Shown piece after piece: positions 20,195 through 30,470 of a stretch of DNA of 64,000 nt. The stretch lies in NCBI GenBank assembly GCA_965116885.1, contig OZ220741.1, positions 2,752,001 through 2,816,000 of the forward strand, given 5' to 3'. The notes beneath the pieces were generated by a model that had not been told where the DNA came from, searched no databases, and worked only from the letters and a program-made list of their open reading frames with translations. The translations under genes were made by a program, and so were the position numbers. Numbering within the stretch: position 1 is the stretch's first letter; each line of letters opens with the position of its first letter. Source of the stretch: Candidatus Latescibacterota bacterium. GTDB taxonomy: Bacteria; Latescibacterota; UBA2968.

Positions 20195-21079
20195 TCAAGT
20201 CACTTGATCGGCGGCATGGTAGGAACTGCGCACCAGTGGGCCAGATTCGACATGCCGAAAACCCAGCGTGAGCGCGAATTGTTTGAGATCCAGAAATTCA
20301 TCGGGATGGTAAAAGCGCGCCACAGGTACGTGTTGGGCAGATGGTTGCAGATATTGACCTATTGTGAGAATATCTGTTTTGCAATCTGCGATATCTCGTA
20401 TCGTCTGGCGCACTTCGGTCGGGGTTTCACCTGCGCCGACCATAATACCCGATTTTGTGGGCATGCCGCGCTCCATTGCTTTGGCCCGCTTCAAAAGTGC
20501 CAGCGACCTGTCGTATTTTGCCTGGGGACGCATGGTTTTATACAGGCGCGGTACGGTTTCGACATTGTGATTTAAAATATCTGGTGCTGCTTCTATGACC
20601 ACGCGCAATGCTTGCCAATTGCCTTGAAAATCCGGGATTAAGACTTCGACCTTTGTGTGTCTGCACAACCGCCGAATCGCACATATCGTTTCGGCAAAAA
20701 TGCGTGCGCCTCCGTCCGGGAGTTCATCGCGATTCACAGAGGTGACTACCGCATGCCGCAATCCCATCGTCTGCACGGCTTCGGCGACCCGTTTGGGTTC
20801 TTCGGTATCAAGGCTCTCTGGACGACCGGTTTTCACCGCGCAAAATCCACAACTCCGCGTACACACATCTCCCAAAATCATAAATGTCGCCGTGCCAGAG
20901 TTCCAGCATTCGCCGATATTGGGACAGCGCGCACTTTCGCATACTGTATGGAGATTTAACCCGCGCATTAAGTTTTTCAATGCGCGGTATCCCTCACTTC
21001 CTGGGGCTGGTACGCGAAACCATTCGGGCAGTCGCCTTCGGCGTACAGAAGGTGCTTTTATGTCCATCAAGCCATTCAT
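20195..21079 (-). CDS. lipA: Lipoyl synthase
   Basis: [27 protein letters not shown]. Confidence 0.97.
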   Translation of the reverse strand: MNGLMDIKAPSVRRRRLPEWFRVPAPGSEGYRALKNLMRGLNLHTVCESARCPNIGECWNSGTATFMILGDVCTRSCGFCAVKTGRPESLDTEEPKRVAEAVQTMGLRHAVVTSVNRDELPDGGARIFAETICAIRRLCRHTKVEVLIPDFQGNWQALRVVIEAAPDILNHNVETVPRLYKTMRPQAKYDRSLALLKRAKAMERGMPTKSGIMVGAGETPTEVRQTIRDIADCKTDILTIGQYLQPSAQHVPVARFYHPDEFLDLKQFALTLGFRHVESGPLVRSSYHAADQVT

Positions 21080-22455
21080 TGCACCCTCCGCCCGGTCAGT
21101 GTGCGCAGGGTCGTTTGGGTAATTTCGACATCGGTTAGCGCATTGTCTGCGATGCCCTCTCGGGGAAATACGACCGTCTTGAAACCATCGGATTTTCCCA
21201 CGGCCAAACCCTCGCCTTTGCGGGCATCTCCTTGTACCAGGACCTCAAGAGTACGACCGATATAAGTCGCATTGATTTCTTCAGAAATGCGATTTTGTTG
21301 TGCAATAATGGTTTCGAGCCTTTGCACTTTTTCCTCTTCTGATACCGTATCGGGCATCTCGCGGAAGGCAACTGTGCCTTTTCGCGCGGAATACTTAAAC
21401 ATAAATGCAGAATCATAACGCACCTGCGCCATCAATGTCAACGTGGCCTCGAAGTCGGTTTGTGTTTCGCCGGAAAAGCCAGCGATAATATCCGTACTCA
21501 AACACAGATCTGGCATTGCGTTGCGCAAATCATCGACCAGAGCGAGATAGTCTTCGATTGTATAGCTGCGTTTCATCGCTTTTAGAACGCGGTTTGACCC
21601 GGACTGCACGGGCAAATGAATAAAGCGACAAATTTTTTTTTCACGCGCCATCGTTTCTATGAATTTTTCAGAGAAATCACTCGGATGAGGCGAGGTAAAG
21701 CGAATGCGGGAAATGCCGTCTATGCGCGCAATCATCGAAAGCAGATCGGCAAAATCGCAGGTGTCATCGCGATAAGAATTGACGGTTTGACCCAATAAGG
21801 TGACTTCTCGAAAACCCGCATCGGCGGCGGCACGAGCTTGTCTGACAATTTCGCGTGCTGGCACGCTACGCTCTCTGCCGCGCACATAGGGCACAATGCA
21901 GAACGTGCAAAACTTATCGCATCCGCGCATAATGGTGATCCAGGCATTGCTGCCCTCTTCGCGCAAGGGATCGATATCCATATAGTATTCGCCGCGATCC
22001 AAACGCACATCCAGAGCCGAATCGCCACGCGCTTCGGCAATGAGTTCAGGTAGTCGCCGATACGAATCTGGCCCCACGACGAGATCGACATAGGGCGCGT
22101 CGTTCATCAGGGATTCAGAAACATGCTTGGCCATGCACCCTGATACCCCCATAATCAGGTCTGGACGCAGATACTTCAGTCTGCGCAATTGTCCCAATCT
22201 ACCCCTTATTCGCTCTTCGGCGTGTTCGCGTATCGCGCAGGTATTCAGCACAATGACATCGGCATCTTCTGGACGACGGGCAGAGGTATAACCCGATTGC
22301 TTTAAAATGCCCAGCATCAGTTCCGTATCCGATACATTCATCTGGCAACCGTACGTCTCGATAAAAACCTTTTGCCCAGACATGGGCGCGACAGGTATAT
22401 CGGGCTCGGTTTGTACGGCGCGACCATTTAATTCGATATTGAGCAATGCGCTCAC
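21076..22455 (-). CDS. miaB: tRNA-2-methylthio-N6-dimethylallyladenosine synthase
   Basis: [34 protein letters not shown] domain. Confidence 0.96.
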   Translation of the reverse strand: MSALLNIELNGRAVQTEPDIPVAPMSGQKVFIETYGCQMNVSDTELMLGILKQSGYTSARRPEDADVIVLNTCAIREHAEERIRGRLGQLRRLKYLRPDLIMGVSGCMAKHVSESLMNDAPYVDLVVGPDSYRRLPELIAEARGDSALDVRLDRGEYYMDIDPLREEGSNAWITIMRGCDKFCTFCIVPYVRGRERSVPAREIVRQARAAADAGFREVTLLGQTVNSYRDDTCDFADLLSMIARIDGISRIRFTSPHPSDFSEKFIETMAREKKICRFIHLPVQSGSNRVLKAMKRSYTIEDYLALVDDLRNAMPDLCLSTDIIAGFSGETQTDFEATLTLMAQVRYDSAFMFKYSARKGTVAFREMPDTVSEEEKVQRLETIIAQQNRISEEINATYIGRTLEVLVQGDARKGEGLAVGKSDGFKTVVFPREGIADNALTDVEITQTTLRTLTGRRVQ

Positions 22456-23579
22456 GTTCGTTTCCTTTTTATTTTTTTTCTTGCCAAACGCATCTCTTCA
22501 ATTACTTCTGCATCGCGTTCACACATCAGTGCTTTGTCGAGTGCCCGTCTCGCCCGCGCACCTCCAATTTTGCCCAGTGCCCAGGCCGCGTGTTGTCGGA
22601 CGAGCGGCTCGTCATCTTTCAGGGCATCTGTTAGGGCGGGAACTTCAGACTTGCTTCCCACATTGCCCAGTGCTACGGCAACATTTCGCAATAATCCACG
22701 CCGTTTGGCGCGTTTGATCGGGCTGTTTTTGAATCGCTTTGAAAAAGTCTCTTGATCCATGTCCAGCAAGTCGGTCAGCGCGGGCGCATTCAAACCCTCG
22801 CGCGCCTGAAAAGCATTTTCAGAAGTCGGTTTTGCGTGTTTGAGATTCCAGGGACATACTTCCTGACAGATATCACATCCAAAGACCCAGTTGCCCACAT
22901 CCGATCTCAAATCCCGCGGGATAGCGCCTTTCAATTCAATAGTCAAATAGGAAATACACCGCCGCGAATCCACGACATAAGGTTCTGGAATAGCATCTGT
23001 TGGACACGCATCCAAGCACTGTGTACAGGTGCCGCAGTGATCGGGTTGCGGGCGATCGATTTCGAGATCGAGATTTAGAATAATCTCACCCAAAAAAAAA
23101 TAGGACCCGCGGCTTTTATCAATCAAGCAGGTGTGTTTACCAAACCAGCCCAGTCCGGCTCGGGCGGCGAAATCGCGCTCCAGTACAGGCCCGGTATCGA
23201 CATAGACCCGCCCCTCAGCAGAGGGCTCTATTTTTTGGATTTCGGCCAGTAATTCAAATAAGCGATCTTTCATGACGGTGTGATAATCATCGCCACGGGC
23301 ATAGCGCGCAATCTGCCCTTCGGGTGTACCACTGTTATCAGACCCATCGGAATGGGGCTGATAATTGAGACCCACGCACAGTACTGATTTTGCGTCTGGA
23401 AGGATTTGACGAATATCTGACCGCCGATCCAGATTGCGTGCCAAATACCCCATTTCGCCTGCGTAGCCCATCCCCAACCACTTTTGATAAAATGCCCAGT
23501 GTTGCGGGGGATCTGCGGATGCAATCCCTACGGGATTAAATCCCAAACGCTGCGCCGCGTCCTTAATCCGATGGGTCAT
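22452..23579 (-). CDS. queG: Epoxyqueuosine reductase with HEAT-repeat C-terminus
   Basis: YARGDDYH, VDTGPVLER, CGTCTQCLDACP, FGCDICQEVCPWN. Confidence 0.96.
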   Translation of the reverse strand: MTHRIKDAAQRLGFNPVGIASADPPQHWAFYQKWLGMGYAGEMGYLARNLDRRSDIRQILPDAKSVLCVGLNYQPHSDGSDNSGTPEGQIARYARGDDYHTVMKDRLFELLAEIQKIEPSAEGRVYVDTGPVLERDFAARAGLGWFGKHTCLIDKSRGSYFFLGEIILNLDLEIDRPQPDHCGTCTQCLDACPTDAIPEPYVVDSRRCISYLTIELKGAIPRDLRSDVGNWVFGCDICQEVCPWNLKHAKPTSENAFQAREGLNAPALTDLLDMDQETFSKRFKNSPIKRAKRRGLLRNVAVALGNVGSKSEVPALTDALKDDEPLVRQHAAWALGKIGGARARRALDKALMCERDAEVIEEMRLARKKIKRKRT

Positions 23580-23633
23580 GCAGGTACTCCAAAAATAGAG
23601 GGCAGGACACAACAATGCCCTGCCCCGCGATTC

Positions 23634-24008
23634 TCAGGTCTGCCGAGCCAGTTTGCCAAGTGCATTGTGAACTGCATCTACCGCCAGATCAGCGGCGTGT
23701 TTTCGCGTCGGGGGCAAGCCGTCAAGCGCGGTCTCGATATCGGCACGAGCGATTTTGCAAGCTTGAGGGGGCGTTTTGCCAATCACCCATTCCGTGAGCA
23801 CAGATCCCGAAGCAATGGTTGCTGCACATCCCTGCGCGCGGAAAAGAGCGCGGTCAATAATGCCGTCTTTGATGGCAAGATGCAGGGATAGGGTCGCACC
23901 CGAAGCTGGGTTTTCTGCAAATCCAATTGCATCGGGGGTGTCCAATGCGCCGACATTTCTGGGATGTTCAAAGTGATCCCGCACAACCCTGGAATAACCG
24001 TCAGACAT
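23634..24008 (-). CDS. IscU/NifU-N-like scaffold homolog with degenerate ligands
   Basis: YSRVVRDHFEHPRNVG, GCAATIASGS, GLPPTRKH; NPASGA replaces NPxCGD. Confidence 0.85.
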   Translation of the reverse strand: MSDGYSRVVRDHFEHPRNVGALDTPDAIGFAENPASGATLSLHLAIKDGIIDRALFRAQGCAATIASGSVLTEWVIGKTPPQACKIARADIETALDGLPPTRKHAADLAVDAVHNALGKLARQT

Positions 24009-24012
24009 GGGA

Positions 24013-25701
24013 TTACGCGCTGGCCTGTGAAGAAGCTCCCGAGCGGTAATTGCTATTGCGCCCGCGTCGCCCGTAGCGTCGTCCTCGACTGCGCGGGATG
24101 CGTTTGCCCGAGCGGCCCGCCCAATCTGTGGCAATTGTTTGTCTAATTACCGTGATCTGAACCTCGCCCGGATAGGTCATTTCCTCGCGAATGCGCTCGG
24201 CAATTGCAAAGGACAGATCTTTGGCCTGTTCGTCGTTCACGTGCCCGGCATTGACCAGCACGCGCACTTCGCGTCCAGCATTGATGGCATAAGCATCGCG
24301 CACACCATCGAAAGATTGCGCCACCTCCTCTAAATCGCGCACCCGTTTGATATACCCTTCGGCATCGTCGCGCCGAGCGCCGGGCCGCGATGAAGAAATC
24401 GCATCGGCTGCTTTGACCAAAAACGAAAGCGGGGTGATAGCTTCTGCCTCGCCATGGTGATAAAAAATGCCGTTGATAACTTCCTTGCCCTCGCCGTATT
24501 TGCCAGCCAGATGCGCACCAATATCGGTGTGTTTTCCTTCGAGTTCCTGGTCCACGGCTTTGCCGATATCGTGCAATAGCCCACATCGCCGCGCGAGTTT
24601 TTCATCCATGCCCAATTCTGCTGCCATTGCACCGGCCAGAAAAGCCACTTCTTTAGAATGTCCCAAAACGCTTTGCCCATAACTCGTGCGGTACTTGAGC
24701 TTCCCGACCAGTTTGACCAGTTCTGGATGCAATGATTCAATACCCAATTCGCGCACTGCCTGACGGCCTTCTTCGGCAATGAGTGAGTAGATCTTTTTTT
24801 CGCAGTTGGCAACAACCGATTCAACGCGGCTTGGATTGATGCGGCCGTCGCGCACCAATTGCTCCATAGACAGGCGTGCCACATCGCGCTTGACCGGATC
24901 AAAGCTGGATAAGACAACCGCCTCGGGTGTATCGTTTACAATGACTTTCACACCGGTGGCGGCTTCAAAAGCAATGATATTGCGTCCCTCTTTGCCGACG
25001 ATGCGCCCCTTGATATGATCATCGGGCAATGTGACAACCGATATGGATGACTGTACGGTTTGATCTGTGGAACAGCGTTCTATTGCCTGTGCCAGAATTT
25101 TCTTCGCATCGCGGTCGGCTCGTTCCCTGGCGTGATCGATAATTTCTCGGCCGATATTTGCGGCTGTCTGCTGCAGTGAATTTCGAATGTTTTCGAGTAG
25201 CATCTCGCGGGCGCGATCGGCATTCATGCCCGAAATGCGCTCCAATTGCGCCCGTTGCTGATCGAGAATATCGGTCAGTTCCAACTCTCGTTTCTCCAAA
25301 CGGACGGCTTTTTGATTTCCCTCTTGTTCCCGCCGGGTTAAAGTTTTTTCGCGTTGGCTTGCGACCTCAGCCTGTTTTGTGAGGCGGGCCTCTTGTTCGT
25401 GTAATTCATCGTTCCGGCGATCTAAAGCACGCTGTTTTCCATCAAACGACTTTTCAATTTCGGCCTTCTCTTCATACCAGCTATTTTTAATTTCTAAAAA
25501 AGCAGCCTTGCGATCCCGGTCTTCGTTTTTCGCGAGTTTGATTGCGCGTTTCTCTGCCTGTTGCTCAATATCTCGCATTTTTCGATCTCTAATGCGGGTG
25601 CCAACAAGCCACCCGATTCCAAACGTAATAAGGGCAATGGCAACTGCCAGATAGATGATAATGTTCGTTGCCATTGAAGCTCCCTGAAATAGCATGTCCA
25701 T
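24013..25701 (-). CDS. rny: Ribonuclease Y
   Basis: N-terminal TM helix, coiled coil, KGRIVGKEGRNI (KH), RTSYGQ, LLHDIGKA (HD), SRPGAR. Confidence 0.96.
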   Translation of the reverse strand: MDMLFQGASMATNIIIYLAVAIALITFGIGWLVGTRIRDRKMRDIEQQAEKRAIKLAKNEDRDRKAAFLEIKNSWYEEKAEIEKSFDGKQRALDRRNDELHEQEARLTKQAEVASQREKTLTRREQEGNQKAVRLEKRELELTDILDQQRAQLERISGMNADRAREMLLENIRNSLQQTAANIGREIIDHARERADRDAKKILAQAIERCSTDQTVQSSISVVTLPDDHIKGRIVGKEGRNIIAFEAATGVKVIVNDTPEAVVLSSFDPVKRDVARLSMEQLVRDGRINPSRVESVVANCEKKIYSLIAEEGRQAVRELGIESLHPELVKLVGKLKYRTSYGQSVLGHSKEVAFLAGAMAAELGMDEKLARRCGLLHDIGKAVDQELEGKHTDIGAHLAGKYGEGKEVINGIFYHHGEAEAITPLSFLVKAADAISSSRPGARRDDAEGYIKRVRDLEEVAQSFDGVRDAYAINAGREVRVLVNAGHVNDEQAKDLSFAIAERIREEMTYPGEVQITVIRQTIATDWAGRSGKRIPRSRGRRYGRRGRNSNYRSGASSQASA

Positions 25702-25921
25702 TGGAGCCTCCTGTCAAAATTCAAATCCGGTTTTATATCCATAACGCAGGTGCATTTGAAGATGTCTCCAAAAAGCTTTTGCACAAACTGCGCCGATGCG
25801 TTATACGCATCGCAAAGAAAAAAAAGTTTAAAAAAAATAGACGTCATGCGTTTTTATTCCTCAGAAGCTGGCTTAAAGCGATAAAGGGATTATGTAGTGT
25901 CCCAAATATTTTAAAGGACCC

Positions 25922-25954
25922 AAAAGGGAGGAATCGCGAGACGACCCCTCCCTT
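25922..25954 (-). terminator. Probable terminator after iscA
   Basis: Minus strand AAGGGAGG...CCTCCCTTTT. Confidence 0.55.
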
Positions 25955-25984
25955 CTGCACATTGGCATTTCTGCAAAGCGATGT

Positions 25985-26311
25985 TCAAACGCTGAACGAT
26001 TCTCCACATCCACACTGATTTGTGGCATTGGGATTGTTAAATCGAAATCCCGTCCCCATCAGGCCATCGTCGTAGTCCAATTCAGTGCCTGTCAAAAAGA
26101 GCGCACTTTTCATATCGACAAAAACTCGAATGCCAAAGGCTTCAATTACGCTGTCATCTGTGCGGGCTGTCTCATCGAAATCGAGCTGATATTGAAGGCC
26201 AGAACATCCGCCGCCGATCACTTTCAAGCGCAAACCATGATCTTCGGGACGTCCGTCTCGGTCCATGAGTTCTTTTATTTTGCCCGCTGCATTTTCTGTG
26301 ACGCAAACCAT
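25985..26311 (-). CDS. A-type Fe-S carrier (IscA/ErpA/HesB family)
   Basis: GGGCSGLQY, NPNATNQCGCGESF; ATG 26311 behind GGAGG. Confidence 0.95.
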   Translation of the reverse strand: MVCVTENAAGKIKELMDRDGRPEDHGLRLKVIGGGCSGLQYQLDFDETARTDDSVIEAFGIRVFVDMKSALFLTGTELDYDDGLMGTGFRFNNPNATNQCGCGESFSV

Positions 26312-26321
26312 AATGCCTCCA

Positions 26322-26801
26322 TTAGCCCAATGCTTGCAGACACGCTTTGATCGCATCAAAATCCGGCAACTCGGTTGGATCGTCGGACACAGAAGCAAAG
26401 CGCACCACACCGCTTTTATCTACGACAAAAGCCGAACGCTTTGCCACGCCCTTAAATCCAATCAAATCCTCGAATTGCGATCCATAAGCCGCGCTGACTT
26501 CTTTGTTGAAATCGCTGAGCAGGGGAACGGTAATCTCGTTTTCTTTTGCCCATGCTTCCTGGGCAAAGGGACTATCTACACTGATGCCCAAAACCTGTGC
26601 ATCGAGTGCGTCGTAATCGGCCAAACCACCGCTGACCGAGCACATTTCATCGGTACAGACGCCGGTATAAGCGAGTGGGAAAAACAAAATTACGACGTTT
26701 TTTTGATCTCTGTAATCGCTCAGAGAAATATCGTTCATATCGTCGCCAGATTTTGATTTCAGCGCAAAATCTGGTGCCTGGTCACCTACAGTAATACCCA
26801 T
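26322..26801 (-). CDS. Peroxiredoxin (AhpE/BCP-like)
   Basis: FFPLAYTGVCTDEMC, GISVDS. Confidence 0.92.
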   Translation of the reverse strand: MGITVGDQAPDFALKSKSGDDMNDISLSDYRDQKNVVILFFPLAYTGVCTDEMCSVSGGLADYDALDAQVLGISVDSPFAQEAWAKENEITVPLLSDFNKEVSAAYGSQFEDLIGFKGVAKRSAFVVDKSGVVRFASVSDDPTELPDFDAIKACLQALG

Positions 26802-26823
26802 TTCTCATATCCTTTGGAAAAAC

Positions 26824-27435
26824 TTATAGCGCAGCTTCGTAACGGCGGTTGACTTCGTCCCAGTTAATTGTATTGGTCCAGGCTTCAATATAATCGGGAC
26901 GCAAATTCTGATACTTGAGATAATAAGCGTGTTCCCATACATCGAGGCCGAGAATGGGCGTTCCGTCACCTGTCATGATCGGATTATCTTGATTGGCAGT
27001 GCTCAAAATATTGAGTTTGCCGTCTTTGACCACAAGCCAGGCCCACCCACTTCCAAAGCGCGTTGTTGCAGCGGTGACAAATTGTTCCTTTGCAGCTTCC
27101 ACACCGCCCAAATCGGACCCAATAGCGCTGGCGACTGCGCCTGTTGGCCCACCACCGCCATTGGGGGTCATGATCGTCCAGAACAAACTGTGGTTGGCAT
27201 GGCCTCCGCCATTGTTTTGAACAGCCGTGCGGATATCGTCTGGTACGCTGTCCAGGTTACTGATCAAGCTTTCGATAGACTGATTTGCCAAATCATCATG
27301 CCCTTCAAGTGCGGCATTGAGATTGGTCACATAGGCATTGTGGTGCTTGGAGTGGTGAATTTCCATCGTCCGCGCGTCAATGTGTGGCTCGAGTGCATCA
27401 TAAGCATAGGGCAAGTCGGGCAATTCATATGCCAT
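26824..27435 (-). CDS. sodA: Mn/Fe superoxide dismutase (probably Mn)
   Basis: [23 protein letters not shown]. Confidence 0.95.
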   Translation of the reverse strand: MAYELPDLPYAYDALEPHIDARTMEIHHSKHHNAYVTNLNAALEGHDDLANQSIESLISNLDSVPDDIRTAVQNNGGGHANHSLFWTIMTPNGGGGPTGAVASAIGSDLGGVEAAKEQFVTAATTRFGSGWAWLVVKDGKLNILSTANQDNPIMTGDGTPILGLDVWEHAYYLKYQNLRPDYIEAWTNTINWDEVNRRYEAAL

Positions 27436-27506
27436 TTTGAAACTCCTTTTTTAGAGATGAATACTTTAGAAATGAATTGTGATACCATTTCCGAGTTTGA
27501 ACTCAA

Positions 27507-27535
27507 AATATAATGAACTCCCCTGAAGGCGTCAA
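27507..27535 (-). promoter_or_regulatory. Sigma70-type promoter for sodA-prx-iscA
   Basis: TTGACG-17bp-TATATT on minus strand. Confidence 0.7.
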
Positions 27536-27604
27536 GTCCTTATACAAGCCATTTATTTTATATAACATAAATACTTACAATAACTTGATATACACACAGG
27601 GAAA

Positions 27605-28459
27605 TCATTTGATGTGAACCAGTGCGTTGTCTATCAGGCGTGCATTGCCGAAACGCACAGCCACGGCCAGCAAAATGGAATCTTTTAGCTCGGCAACGGG
27701 CGTGAGGTCTTTTGCATCTACGGCTTCGATATAGTCGATTTCTGCACTGCGCTGTGGTTCAATGACATCGCGCATGGCTTCAATGACCCTTTGGGTACGC
27801 CTTTCGCCCTGATCAATCATTTTTTGCCCCACCATCAATGCGCGGTATAGCGCGGGGGCTTGCCCCCGTTCTTCAGCACTTAAATAAGCATTTCTCGAAC
27901 TCATCGCCAATCCGTCCGCTTCGCGCACTGTGGGGGCCATCTGTATCTCCACATCCAGGTTGAGATCGCGCACCAGGCGTTGAATGACTATTGTTTGTTG
28001 GGCATCTTTTTGTCCAAAGACAGCTACATGGGGTTTTACGGCTGCAAATAGTTTGGTGACGATTGTTGTCACACCTTCAAAATGCCCCGGACGACTTGCG
28101 CCACAAAGTCTTTCGGTCAACTTGGCCACGCGCACCGATGTCGCAAAATCTCCGGGATATATTTCTTTTTTCTCGGGCAGGTATGCGAGATGCACGCCGT
28201 GCTGGTTGAGCAATTTCAGGTCCCGATCTATGTCTTTTGGATAGGCTGCGAGATCTTCGGCGGGACCAAATTGCAGCGGGTTGACAAAAATGCTCACCAC
28301 AACCCGATCTGTCACTTTTAATGCCTGGCGCACGAGGCTGAGATGTCCTTCGTGCAGATATCCCATTGTGGGTACAAGCCCGATGCGCAGGCCCGCCTGT
28401 CGGATACGGTCTGCTGCACAGTGCATCTCGCGGACGGTTTTGATAATTTTTACGGGCAT
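27605..28459 (-). CDS. panC: Pantoate--beta-alanine ligase
   Basis: PTMGYLHEGH, FGQKDAQQ, GLAMSSRN, RLIDN. Confidence 0.97.
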   Translation of the reverse strand: MPVKIIKTVREMHCAADRIRQAGLRIGLVPTMGYLHEGHLSLVRQALKVTDRVVVSIFVNPLQFGPAEDLAAYPKDIDRDLKLLNQHGVHLAYLPEKKEIYPGDFATSVRVAKLTERLCGASRPGHFEGVTTIVTKLFAAVKPHVAVFGQKDAQQTIVIQRLVRDLNLDVEIQMAPTVREADGLAMSSRNAYLSAEERGQAPALYRALMVGQKMIDQGERRTQRVIEAMRDVIEPQRSAEIDYIEAVDAKDLTPVAELKDSILLAVAVRFGNARLIDNALVHIK

Positions 28460-29292
28460 TATTCGTCTATCCGCGCTCTAAATCGGCGCAGTTCAGCGCT
28501 CGTTATTTTGAAACGGTGTTTGTCTTCTGGAAATCGACGCGACTTGATATCTGCGACATAGTCTGCAAATGCCTGATGCATCTCCCCTTTGAGGTCAGTG
28601 TATGTTTTGACAAACCGATAATGGCTTTTGTAAACGCCCAGCATATCGTGTGCAACCAGCACCTGTCCATCACATACGCGTCCGGCACCAATTCCGATGG
28701 TTGGCATGGACATCCGTTTGGTCACGACTTCGGCAATGCGCTCGGGCACACATTCTAAAACTACGGCAAGGGCACCGGCAGAGGCCAGTGCATCGGCATC
28801 TTTTAAGACGTCGAGTGCTTCTTCGGCGCGGTCTCCAAACACGGGACGCTTACCCGTGCGCGTTTGGGGCGTGTAGCCCACATGCCCAACCACGGGAATG
28901 CCCTCGGCGACGAGTGCCTCGACCTGGGTCGTTATATTGCGCCCTCCTTCGAGTTTAACCACTTCGGTGCCAGCAGAAACCAATTGTCGCGCATTTTCTA
29001 ATGCTTGCTCTGGCGTTTCGTAAGCTCGATAGGGCAAATCTGCCATCAACAGGGCACTCACCACTCCGCGCCGCACCGCGCGCGTGTGGTGGAGCATATC
29101 ATCCATTGTCACCTGCTGAGGGCTTTTATACCCCAACACATTGACGCCAACCGAGTCTCCCACAAAGATGACATCGACACCCGCAGCATCCTGAAAAACA
29201 GCCGTTGGATGATCGTAACAGGTCAACATCGCAATGGGTTCGCCTCGTTGTTTCATCAGCGAGAGGGTTTCTGGTTGTATCCGCGATCCCAT
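28459..29292 (-). CDS. panB: 3-methyl-2-oxobutanoate hydroxymethyltransferase
   Basis: LTCYD, VGDS, VKLEGG, TIGIGAG, DGQVLV. Confidence 0.96.
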   Translation of the reverse strand: MGSRIQPETLSLMKQRGEPIAMLTCYDHPTAVFQDAAGVDVIFVGDSVGVNVLGYKSPQQVTMDDMLHHTRAVRRGVVSALLMADLPYRAYETPEQALENARQLVSAGTEVVKLEGGRNITTQVEALVAEGIPVVGHVGYTPQTRTGKRPVFGDRAEEALDVLKDADALASAGALAVVLECVPERIAEVVTKRMSMPTIGIGAGRVCDGQVLVAHDMLGVYKSHYRFVKTYTDLKGEMHQAFADYVADIKSRRFPEDKHRFKITSAELRRFRARIDE

Positions 29293-29295
29293 AAG

Positions 29296-29949
29296 TCAGG
29301 TCCGCCTTGTGTTGTCAGTTTCCATATGCGCTGGTCGATAATAACGGGTTCCAGATGGAGGCGATTTAATTTGTGCCAGTAAATCCTCCAGGTGTTCTGG
29401 GCGGTTTTCAAAATCGATCTCCGATACATTAACTGCGAGTAGCGGTGTTACCGAATAATGAAAGAAAAACTGGTTATAAGCTTCCAGTAACTTCGAGACG
29501 TATGCTTTTGTTATCTCTCTTTCATATCCGCGTTCATGGAGTCTTATACCCCGCATCAGATGATTGACTGTGGTTTGCAAATAAATCACCAGATCTGGAC
29601 GGGGAAGTTTTTCGCTCAATGTTTCGGACAGCCGTTCATAGAGGGCAAATTCCGTATCATTGAGTGTCACATTGGCGTAGATGCGATCTTTTTCAAAAAT
29701 AAAATTGCTGACCACAGCTTCTTCAAACAAATCCATCTGGTGTAGTTCTTGTTGTTGTCGATAGCGGCTCAGCATAAAAAAGACCTGGGTTTGAAAGCCA
29801 TATTGATCAGGGGCCTCGTAGAACAAAGGCAAAAAGGGATTTTCTTCGGGTTCTTCGAGCATCAGACGGGCATTTAGACGACGCCTCAAAAGGCGAGCCA
29901 AACGCCTTTTGCCCACACCTGTTACGCCTTCAATAGCTATATATCGCAA
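29296..29949 (-). CDS. Deoxynucleoside kinase family protein
   Basis: YIAIEG..GVGK, NPFL, PDLVIYLQ; usual folK-dNK-panB context. Confidence 0.9.
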   Translation of the reverse strand: MRYIAIEGVTGVGKRRLARLLRRRLNARLMLEEPEENPFLPLFYEAPDQYGFQTQVFFMLSRYRQQQELHQMDLFEEAVVSNFIFEKDRIYANVTLNDTEFALYERLSETLSEKLPRPDLVIYLQTTVNHLMRGIRLHERGYEREITKAYVSKLLEAYNQFFFHYSVTPLLAVNVSEIDFENRPEHLEDLLAQIKSPPSGTRYYRPAHMETDNTRRT

Positions 29950-29966
29950 CGCTAAATCCCCCGACC

Positions 29967-30470
29967 TTATTTTTTTCTTATCAAATTGAGACCTTCAATT
30001 TTTCGCACGGGCAAATCCATGCCCAGGGAGTCGGTCAAAAATTGAATCGATTGATCTAAAACGGGATGTTTGAGATCGGGTTTGAGGTCGCAAAGCGGTA
30101 TCAGGACGAATGCGCGCTCGTGCAAGTGTGGGTGTGGCACCTGCAAGCCCGGCTGGTTGATGACGTTGTCGCCGTAAAATAAAATATCGAGGTCCAGGGT
30201 GCGCGGTCCCCACCGCGTCTGGCGCACGCGACCAAATCCGCGCTCAATTGCCAGTAGGCAATTCAATAAACTTCGCGCGGAGAAACTGGTATGGATTTGC
30301 AGAACTGCGTTGAGAAAATACGGCTGGTCGGCCACTCCGATTGGGGCGGTTTCATAGACTGCAGAGGCAGCGACAACGGCGATTTCGGGTTTTGCATCTA
30401 TCATACCCGTCGCGTCCTGGAGCGTTTTTTCCCGATTTCCCAAATTCGCGCCAATGCCAATGTAGGTCAC
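29967..30470 (-). CDS. folK: 2-amino-4-hydroxy-6-hydroxymethyldihydropteridine diphosphokinase
   Basis: GANLG, WGPRTLDLDIL, PHPHLHERAFVL. Confidence 0.96.
   Translation of the reverse strand: MTYIGIGANLGNREKTLQDATGMIDAKPEIAVVAASAVYETAPIGVADQPYFLNAVLQIHTSFSARSLLNCLLAIERGFGRVRQTRWGPRTLDLDILFYGDNVINQPGLQVPHPHLHERAFVLIPLCDLKPDLKHPVLDQSIQFLTDSLGMDLPVRKIEGLNLIRKK

Noticed and set aside
25702..25984. Possible 6S RNA upstream of rny
   Set aside because: This is a common location, but I could not see the long bulged rod or 6S motifs and zapA is absent; an Rfam search would settle it
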